Positions 53,594 through 64,000 of a DNA stretch of 64,000 nt are shown in pieces. Below the pieces are notes generated by a model, which did not search any database, had not been told where the DNA came from, and saw only the letters and a list, made by a program, of their open reading frames with translations. A program made the position numbers and the translations under genes. The stretch's first letter is position 1, and the number at the start of each line of letters is the position of its first letter. Origin of the DNA: Psilocybe cubensis (lineage: Eukaryota); assembly GCA_017499595.2 (NCBI GenBank), contig CM039004.1, forward strand, positions 1,488,001 to 1,552,000, given 5' to 3'.

Positions 53594-56500
53594 ATGGCCT
53601 TGGCAGCACAGTCGAGTCAAAGTGAAAGGCTTAATCAAATCTTCAGTGGACTGAAGCACAGAAATGTGGAAATTAAGTTGCAATCAGCTGAAGAGCTTCG
53701 ACGATATGTGAGTAATATCATTGTTCGTGCTCTGAATTGACGAATCTCAATTATGTTTTATAGGTATCTATGACAGTCGCTGAGATGTCATCCGATGCAG
53801 CGTCCAAGCTATGGGATGACAACATTAATAGAAGACTGTTCGATCTGACTCACAGCCAGAACACCTCTGACGCGCTTGGAGGTCTACTTGCTATAGGTGT
53901 GCTGCGACAACTAGAGACCGAACGATGCTTACTAAAAAGCTTGTTTAGAGAAACTGATTGGCATTGAACAAGAAGAGACTATAGAATCTAAACGCAATCT
54001 CTTCCGTTTCTACAATTATGTTAAACATCTTCTCCCAAGTACCGACACGAGTCTCATGCTTTCCGCCTCCAAGACGCTAGGAAAGATTGCAGAAATAGGC
54101 GGCTCAGCTTTTGGAGAACGTTTTATGGACTTTGAGGTTCCAGCCGCTGTGGACCTGATGCAACCCGACAAACAAGAGTCTCCTCGATACGCTGGGGTTT
54201 TAATTCTGAAAGAATTGGCCAGAAATAGCCCCACATACTTCTATTCCCATATCGGAACTGTTTTTGACAACATATTAGTACCCCTTAGAGATCAACGCGT
54301 TATTGTCAGAGAAGGAGCAGCCGAGTTATTAGCCGCCTGCCTGGAGATCGTCACTTCGAGGGAACGACAAACAAGAACTCCTTATCTCTCTAAGGTCTTG
54401 CAGGATGCACAACAGGGCCTCAAGCAAGCTCAGCCAGAGGTTATTCATGGGTCTCTGCTAACATATCGAGAGTTGCTACTCCATGCGGGAATGGTGTGTG
54501 TTCATATAGTCTCTCAGTCTCTCCAACTGCAAAAACTAACACTTTATATCAGTTTATGAAGGAAAACTTTTTGGACACAGCCGATCAAATTCTTCGATTC
54601 AGGTCTCATCGCGATTCCGCTGTTCGTAAAATGGTTATCACCATGATCCCATCTCTTGCTGCTTATGATACTCAAACCTTTACGGAGCATTTTCTTCACA
54701 AAGCCATGGCGCACCTACTGACCCAGTTGGAAAAGCCCGTGGAACGCGATTTTGGTATTTTAAAGGTTTATTTATCAATATAATCTGCTTACTTGAAAAT
54801 TAGCTTTTGTTGCAATTGGGCACACTGCGGCCGCTGTTGGAAGCGATATGAAGCCTTTCCTTGACCTCATCATGTCACAAATCAAACAAGGACTGCAAGG
54901 TCGAGGGTATGTCATATACTCCTTGGAACCGCTCAGTACGACTTGACGTATCTTGATTTTACAGCCGAAAAAATGCCCCTCCAGAAGAACCGATCTTTCA
55001 ATGCATTGGTATGCTAGCATCGGCCGTTGGCCCAAACTTAACCAAACTCTTGCATGATCAACTCGATCTCATGCTTGCCTGTGGCTTAAGTGAACCATTG
55101 GTACAAGCCTTGGTCGCAATCGCTAAGTATATCCCTCCTCTTTTAAAGACCATACAAGGTGGGTATCCCTCCAGTGAAGTGATACTATGCTGAATTGTCT
55201 ATGATAGACCGCCTATTGGATCTATTGTCGCAGGTTTTAAGTGGCCAACCATACAAACCTCTTGGTGCCCCTCCCTCACTTGCGAGGGGTGAAATTGGTG
55301 TTTCAAATCGTGATTTGAACCCCACCCAGGTTAGTATTATCCTTGATGATTATTCGACAACTCAAAAAGTTTGACCCTGGTAGATAAACGGAACCGACAA
55401 GAATCCAGAGCTGATTACCCTAGCTCTTACTACGTTGTATACTTTTGATTTTACCGGTGGGTCAAAATCCTCTCCATTGGTATTGACTTTTCTTGACGTA
55501 TTTCAGGTCATGTTCTAAATGAATTTGTTCGGTCTTGCGCTTTGCCGTACTTGGAGGATGACAACCCGGAAGTCCGCAGAGCATCAGCTTTGACCTGCTG
55601 TGTGCTCTTCGTCAAAGACCCAATATGCTATCAGTCCAGCACCCATGCTATTGAAATCATAAGCGACGTTTTAGACAAATTGCTCACCGTTGGCATCGCA
55701 GATCCAGGTATCTTGATCTTCCTTATTACAATTGACAGTTTGCTAATATTTTCGGTGACTTGCAGTTGCAAGCATAAGGCAAACTGTTTTGTCCTCGCTT
55801 CACGAGCGCTTTGATAGACATCTTGCCCAAGCTGAGAATGTCAGATCTTTATTCATTGCACTGAACGACGAGGATTTTAATAACCGTGTCACTGCTGTTG
55901 GTTTAATTGGTCGCCTTGCAAAACACAACCCTGCATATGTCATGCCGTCGTTGCGAAAAGCGTTGATCCAGCTCCTAACTGAACTTGAGTATTCGACAGT
56001 TATGTGAGTTGTGTGGCTTGGAAAATTGATCTCAATCCTGACAAGTTCAAACAGGCGAAACAGGGAAGAATGCACGCGATTACTTACGTTGCTTGTTAGT
56101 GCCACTCAACGCCTAATAAAACCGTACGCTCTTCCCATGCTCCGCGTCCTGCTGCAAAAAGCAAACGACTCCAACCCCACTGTTGCTGCCAATGTTTTAA
56201 TGTGTCTCGGCGAACTTACATGTGTTGGTGGCGAGGATGCTATTCAACACGTTCCCGAACTGATGCAAGTCATCATCTCGAGACTTTCAGACCCAGCCTT
56301 AATCAAACGCGATGCTGCCCTCCATACTCTTGGTCAAGTGTGCTCTAGCACAGGCTATGTTATTACACCTCTTGTCGAACACCCTCAGTTATTGCCTCTC
56401 TTGTCAAGAATTCTTAGGACAGAAACCAGCCAACCCGTTCGTCGCGAGGTCATTAAGGTTCTCGGTATCCTTGGTGCATTGGACCCATACAGACGCAAGG

Positions 56501-59500
56501 TAATTTTTGCAGTGACCAAATAAATATCATGAATAATCCTTTTTGTTCTACTATTTACAGAGTAAACCGAAGGAGGATACATCCAGTGAAACGGCTGTAG
56601 CTGCTGTAAACCAAGTGCCTGTTGCCCAGCATGTAGCGACGCCTGCATCTGATGATTACTTCCAAACGGTAGTGATCAACGCACTATTATCTATTCTCAA
56701 AGACCAGTCTCTCGGCAGCCACCACCATAGTGTTATTGAAGCAATTATGTCTATTTTCAAGACACAGGGCCTGAAATGCGTAACTTTCTTGCCACAGGTA
56801 TGTTCTTCGTGTTGCCGATTAACTCTAGTAAACGTCTTTCGTAGATCATCCCGTCATTTGCATCTGTTACAACAGGGTCGCCTGCTCGTTTGCAGGAATT
56901 TCACTTGCAACAGCTTGCTATCCTGATTGGTATCATCAAGCAGCATGTTCGTAACTATATGCCTGACATCTTTAGCCTGATAACCGAGCTTTGGGAAAAT
57001 GCAACGCTTCAACTTCCGATAGTTTCTTTGATAGAAGCTCTAGGAAAGGCTCTGGACTCCGAGTTCAAGCCTTTCCTACCCTCGATCTTGCCTCTCTTTC
57101 TGAAAGTCTTCGATGGCGAGCTGACTGAGAAACGCATCAATATTCAAATCAAGATATTCGATGCCTTTTTGACCTTCGGTTCGAATATAGAGGAATATCT
57201 ACATCTTGTCATTCCCATCATCGTCAAGTCATACGAGCGCCAGGAGATCGTTGAAAGAGCAGATTCATTGACGGCGTTAAGGAAACGTGCTATTCAGACA
57301 ATTGACGGGCTCTCTAGACGGGTTAACTTCTCTGACCATGCCTCTCGCATCATTCATCCTCTTATTCGTGTTCTTGAGGGAGGAAACAATGAGCTACGTA
57401 TGGCTGTCATGGACACCCTATGCTCACTTGTGATTCAATTAGGGTCCGATTTTGCTATATTCGTGCCCACCATCAACAAAGTAAGTTTCATCTGTCCTAG
57501 GTGATCAACTGCTAAACTTGTTATAGTGTTTGCTGCGAAATAGGATTCCTCATCCCAAGTATGAAAACCTGATATCAAAGCTCCTCAACGGTGAACGCCT
57601 GCCTCAGGAAGTTGGCGTTTTAGAGCTGCTGTAAGTGTATGAATACTGCACGCGCTCCCTTGTAATAATCGAGTTTTTTAGGTTGAGTGAAAATTCTAAG
57701 GCACCAGAGTTTTCTGCACCTGCTGAGGCAACAAAAATGAATGTCAATCAGCAGCATTTGAAACAAGCATGGGACACCACCCATATCACCACTAGGGACG
57801 ATTGGATTGAGTGGATGCACAGAATTGGGGTCGAATTCTTGAAAGAATCTCCTTCTCATGCACTCCGTGCCTGCATGAGCCTTGTCGATATTCACCCGCC
57901 TCTAGCAAAAGAGTTGTTCAACGCTGCTTTTCTTTCTTGCTGGGGGGAGCTTTATGACCAATACCAAGTACGTCTTTTTTCTGAGCACTGAGCTCCTAGT
58001 CATCTGCTCATAATTCTTCAGGAGGACCTTGTACGCGCCATTGAATTTGCCATTACGTCCACCACTGCGCCTTCTGAACTCATACACCGCCTGCTGAACT
58101 TGGCGGAGTTCATGGAGCATGAAGAAAAGCCTCTCCCCATCGAACATCGAACGTTGGGTGAATATGCTATGAAGTATATGGCATACGCAAAGGCGCTCCA
58201 CTACAAAGAACTCGAGTATTTCTCAGAATCATCCCCCGCTGTGATTGAAGCCCTTATTTCTATCAACACCCGCCTGCAGCAGCATGATGCCGCATGGGGC
58301 ACTCTAATCACCGCTCGGGAACAGTATGACGTTACCAAGCATGAGGAGTGGTACGAGAGGCTTGGTCGATGGTCAGAAGCACTCGTCGCATATGAGCGGA
58401 AGGCCGAGCTAGATCCTTCTGCTCCGGATGTTCAGATTGGAAGAATGAAATGCTTGCACGCTTTGGGAGAATGGGATCAACTTGCTGCTCAAGTTGACGA
58501 GAACTGGGCAAACGCCAATCATGAGGATCGTCGAGAAATTGCTCCTATGGCCGCAGCTGCTGCTTGGTCCTTGAACGAATGGGACTCAATGGATGATTAT
58601 ATTGCTACTATGAAGCCAGACTCACCGGATCGATCTTTCTATCGGGCCATCCTTTCTGTTCATCAGAATCAATTTCCAAAGGCACTTGTTCATATTGCAA
58701 AGGCGCGTGATCTTCTAGATCCCGAACTTTCTTCCTTTGTTGGAGAAGGATATGGTCGCTCGTACAAGTAAGATTAACCTACATGTCAAAAACACTGACT
58801 CGTTAACAAAACTCGGTAGTGTTCTCGTCCGGGCACAGATGCTGTCCGAGCTCGAAGAAATAATTGCATTCAAGCAATATGCCGACCAACCTGAACGACA
58901 ACAAACCATGCGGAAAACATGGATGAAGCGGTCAGTTTTTGAAAGCTTTCTTTATCTATCGGCTATCGACTAAATGATTATATAGATTGCAGGGTTGTCA
59001 GCCTGATGTAGAAGTTTGGCAAAGGATTTTACAGGTTCGGACTCTTGTCTTAAATCCAGAGGACGACCCGATGATGTGGATCAAATTTGCTAACTTATGC
59101 CGCAAAAATGATCGAATGGTTCTGGCCGAGAAAACAATCAACTCGCTGCTCTCTCCGGACAGGGTGGGTTCATTTTAACTCCTTATTCTGCCCCTCCCCC
59201 TCAATATCATTTCTATCTATATCATTTTTAGCGCATGCATGATCATCAAATCAAAGCTCCCCCGAACGTTGTCTATGCACAACTGAAGTTTATGTGGGCA
59301 AAAGGGGCTAAAGATCATGAAAGCCTCAACTTCCTTCGGCAATTTTCAGCGAGCTTAGCTCGGGATGTTATGCAAGAGACAAACGCCTATTCGCAGCGCC
59401 CTGGTGTTTCGAAACAAAAGATCGCAGAACTTTCCAAGCTGGTTGCTCGTTGTTACTTTAAACAAGGAGAATGGCAGCAACAGTTAAAGGACCAATGGAA

Positions 59501-62341
59501 TCCTGTATGCTTCGTTTTACAACTTTATTCCCGCATTGCTAACAAAAAATAAAGAAAAACGTTGAAGACATTCTTCATGCATATCTTTTGGCAACGCGTT
59601 ACGACCCAAGCTGGTACAAAGCATGGCATACATGGGCGTTGGCAAACTTTGATGTCATCGAGTATCTGGAAACTCAAACATCCGACGTCCCTATCGCCCG
59701 ACTAGTTTTGCACGTTGTACAAGCAATAGAAGGCAGGCATCCCAAATGTCTCTCTTTCCCGCCTATCCTCATTTGATTGAGCAGGTTTCTTCCGATCAAT
59801 TGCGCTCCGTAGTCAAGATGCTCTACAGGATACACTGAGGTTGCTCACCTTGTGGTTCAAATTTGGCTCACACGATGATGTTAGTCACGCAATGAGCGGC
59901 GGCTTCTCAACAGTTGAGGTAGATACATGGCTTGAAGTCATTCCACAGGTAATTTCTTGCTTATTCGAAATACACGAGCCATCCACTTACGCTCTATATA
60001 GATAATTGCGCGTATCCAAACCCCCCATGCCAACATTCGCAGAAACATCAATCATCTACTGACCGACGTTGGCAAACATCACCCGCAAGCTTTAATATAT
60101 CCATTAACTGTGGCATCAAAGTCTTCCAGTGTTGCACGACAGAATGCCGCCATTGCTATTATGGAACGAATGCGCGAACATAGTCCGACGATCGTCGCAC
60201 AGGTAAGCAGCTTTTGCGTCTTTGGTTTACTTCGGCTAACTTTGAGGCAAGGCCATGGTTGTTAGCAGAGAGTTGATCAGGGTGGCTATTTTATGGCACG
60301 AACTTTGGCACGAAGGGTTAGAAGAAGCATCTCGACTATTCTTTTCAGAGAAAAATCCTGTAGGTATGATTGCGGTATTGGAGCCCTTGCATGATATGCT
60401 TGAAGCTGTAGGTCATTATTTTTTGTTTGCTAGCTTGGTCGTCTTAATTGGCGATAGGGTCCTACAACGGCTCGAGAGACGACCTTCGCTCAAGGATTTG
60501 GAAGAGAACTTCGGGAGGCTCGAGAAGCAACTCGTCGTTATCGCGCATATGGTGATACCAGCGAACTGGACAAAGCTTGGGATATATATTACGGTGTAAG
60601 CACCTCAAAGTTTTGTTGAACTCCGCGCCTTAACCTCCGCGACAGATTTTCAAGAGAGTTGAAAAACAACTACCGCAGTTGACTACTCTTGATCTGCAAT
60701 ACGTATCGCCTTCTTTGTTGAAGGCGCGAAATCTTGATCTCGCCGTGCCTGGTAAACGTTTTATTGTATATGCTTATTTTTGCTCGCTGAATAAGTATTT
60801 GACAGGAACGTATCAAGCTGGCCGGCCTATTACAAAAATCGCAAGCTTTGCCACCAAGCTAACAGTAATTGTATCCAAGCAACGTCCCAGGAGGCTTTCT
60901 CTTAAGGGTGACGATGGAAGGGATTATCAATATGTCCTAAAAGGTGGGAAAGAAACTATATACTCATCTCTTCTTGTTTGACATCATATACTCCCAGGCC
61001 ACGAAGATCTTCGTCAAGACGAACGAGTCATGCAATTGTTTGGTTTGGTTAATACTTTACTATCAGTTGACACCAATAGCTTCAAGCGTCGCCTCCATAT
61101 ACAAAGGTATCCTGTCATTCCGCTGGCACCTAATGCGGGTCTATTGGGATGGGTGCAAGACAGCGACACTCTTCACGTCTTGATACGGGATTACCGAGAT
61201 TCCCGGAAAGTACTACTAAATATTGAATATCGCCTGATGCTCCAGGAAAGTATGTTTGTTTGCTCCCTGTCTTTGTAACTAACAATTTCTGTATAGATGG
61301 CTCCAGATTATGAAAGCCTTTGCCTACTCCAAAAAATAGAGGTATTCGAATATGCGTTAGAAAACACAACGGGCCAGGATCTTTACCGAGTTCTATGGTT
61401 GAAAAGTTCAAACTCTGAACATTGGCTTGAACGACGAGCCACGTACACCCGCTCTCTCGCTGTCAATAGCATGGTTGGGCATATTCTAGGGTTGGGCGAC
61501 CGACATCCTTCCAACGTGCTTTTGGAACGAAGTACTGGAAAGGTCGTTCATATTGATTTTGGTGATTGCTTTGAAGTTGCCATGAACCGCGAGAAGTTCC
61601 CAGAAAAGGTCCCTTTCCGTCTCACGCGAATGCTAACCCATGCCATGGAGGTATGTTATTTTTTTTTAATCCGCACAAGCTTAACACCTTTTACATGTGC
61701 TCTTTGAACAGGTTAGCGGGATTGAAGGCAGCTTCCGTAATACATGCGAAATCACTATGCAAGTTCTTCGTGACAATACTGAGTCTTTGATGGCGGTTTT
61801 GGAGGCGTTTGTATATGACCCTCTCATCAATTGGAGATTGTTGCAGGCGAAAGAGAACGATACACGTCCTACCGAAAGTAAGATACGTTCCATTCTTAAC
61901 ACGTGGTTTTTCTCATCTTTTTCTAGGCACAGACCTTGGTCCTGAGCGTGCTGCTGAACTGGCGAGGGCAGCTGGGCATCCCCAGGGACCAATGCGAAAA
62001 CTGAAAGCGGATGAAAATGATATTTTCAACGGTGCGACTTGATCTAATGCCCAGACTAAGTACATTAATCTAACAATCGATTAGATGAAGGACACCCTGG
62101 TGGTGCTCAAGAGGTCCGGAATAAACGAGCCCTTGAGGTGTACAGACGTGTGCAGGCTAAAATAACTGGTTCGTTTAACTGCTATTGAACAAGCTTATGT
62201 TGCTTACCTTTTCTAACAGGCCGAGATTTCGGTGGAAGCGTTGTGTTGACTGTCAGTATGCAAGTAGAAAAACTTATCGAACAGGCCACAGCCTTGGAGA
62301 ATCTGTGTCAATGTTTCTCAGGCTGGTGTGCATTCTGGTGA
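53594..62341 (+). CDS. TOR: Target of rapamycin kinase (HEAT, FAT, FRB, PIKK kinase, FATC), more than 25 exons
   Basis: [73 protein letters not shown] and terminal GWCAFW*. Confidence 0.98.
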
Positions 62342-62722
62342 CCTCTTCTTTGCTTTGATTTGCTATGTAAAATCTCCCTTTTCACTAATATCTTGTACCA
62401 ACACCTATGTAATATGCATACATTGGAGCTTCAGTTTGTCGATTTTTCCTATTTACATATATCATATGTTTCTTCTATCCCATTAAATTTAATTTTTGGT
62501 CTATGCACACGCCGAATTTACTGGAATCCGAGTGTCGATAAATCGCCATACAACTACTATAAATGGAAGCTGCTATAACAGTTGACAACATGTTGATCAT
62601 CTGCCGAGTAACTACAATTATTTACTTGCAGTGCATCCTTCACATCATTCATCCCTTTTTTTGCTCTTGCCTCCTTTGTATACTTTAGCTGCAACCTCTG
62701 AGCTATCTAAAGTCCACTAAAG

Positions 62723-64000
62723 ATGCCTCGAGGAATACCGAATGCCAAACGAGATGAAACTGGGATGCGGTACACCACGTTCAGCGTGCCCTTAACGTGC
62801 GTCAAACTATTAGTCTGCGCACGCACATATCTAACTTGCTACGTCCATAGTTTTAACCCCAAACACGCTAGCTCAACTTATCTGAAGACAGAAGCACAAA
62901 CCTTGTGGGCCAGGAATGCTCTCCGGAAAGGCAAGGCGACCGAAGAAAGTCCACAAGACCAAAGGTAAGGAGGGCTTCACACGACGCCGGTAATTCTAAC
63001 AAAAGAGTAGACGTGGATCTCAAGTCATTGTTATACACCCGGGGTCACGGTTCATTCGAATAGGAAGAGCATCCGACGTGAACCCAATCTCTGTGCCGTG
63101 CGTGGTTGCGCGAAAATCGAAGACACCGTTTACCGTAGCTCCTCGAATCCAGTTAGTATCGCGTCCCAGAAATCAACAAACAGAAGATGGATTATCTTCA
63201 GGAGACAAACTTCCGGCCAATGGGACTGAGCTGCCGATGGATGACCCTGTAAGACGCCTTGATGAGACTCGCAATCCTCTGTTCTCATGCCATTTTTGAT
63301 TCAGTTTGACGCTAAACTAGCATCTATAACAGTATCGTTGCGTGATAGGATGAGATTCTATAAATTACGAATTACACCCAATGCTACCAAAATTGCTTCT
63401 ACATTCAACGAGCAATTTCAACCTGAACGAATTGCTGAACACAATGACTATCAAACTGAATGGATTGATTCATCTTGTCCCGATGAAACACTAGTTGGGG
63501 AGAAGGTTAGTAGAAACCTTTATGAAAATGTATCATTAACAAGTTGATTCATAGGCCCTGCGTATTGTCGACCCAGTGACCTCCAAATATATCGTGAGAT
63601 GGCCGATATATGGGTCCAACTTCAACACTCGGGATTACAACTCTGTTCAAGCAACTCTTAGTGACCTCGAGGAAATCATTACCAGCACCTTACGTGATAA
63701 ACTGGACATCAAGAAATCAGAATACAAGGTATCTCAGTCCCCAGATTACATTTTTTGTTTGGGTGTCTGATTTATGATGGTTCAGAATTTCTCTGTTATG
63801 CTCGTAATTCCCGATTTTTATGATAGAGCATATGTCAGAGAATTTGTAAATCTCCTAATTACTGTTATGGGATTCAAACAGATCTGTGCCCAGCAGGTCA
63901 GTTGTGCTTCAAACCGAATGAATAATTATGACTCATCAGCTTCAGGAAGCTCTTGCGGCTACTTATGGTGCAGGAATTTCAAATGCTTGCGTAGTAGATA
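62723..64000 (+). CDS. ARP8: Actin-related protein 8 (INO80 subunit); 3' end runs off the window
   Basis: NPKHASSTYLKTE, VIVIHPGSRFIRIGRASD, EHND, VGEKAL, VRWPI..FN and LVIPDFYDR motifs. Confidence 0.88.

Overview
Eukaryotic, intron-rich fungal DNA (short ~50-60 nt GT-AG introns with CTRAC branch points; the gene set and protein sequences look Agaricomycete/basidiomycete). The backbone is compact housekeeping genes: PGM, a DUF676 hydrolase, PIF1, TIM44, CYC3-type heme lyase, a hexose transporter, DAK1, UBP12-like protease, CCZ1, a CCCH zinc-finger protein, a DnaJ/DnaJ-X protein, an M20 amidohydrolase, three tRNA-Pro genes, TOR and ARP8. Three accessory zones interrupt it. (1) An ~8.5 kb insertion between PIF1 and TIM44: a two-gene element with an intron-containing tyrosine recombinase facing a SAP-motif protein, bounded by candidate 13-bp inverted ends. 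A complete pogo/Fot1 DD35D transposon (15259-19004, TA target duplication) is nested inside it, and all three genes carry point lesions. (2) Three unrelated-looking MITEs (21.7-24.5 kb) that share AGGACCC ends and have perfect 8-bp target duplications. (3) A TA-flanked MITE about 170 bp upstream of TOR. Smaller signals: a probable GA-AG intron in the TOR kinase domain, a hairpin-bearing long intron in the CCCH gene, a phased GGGG/CreA-site array upstream of the sugar transporter, and a small spliced orphan gene. Exon boundaries were read by eye and family calls rest on motif recognition; no database searches were run.
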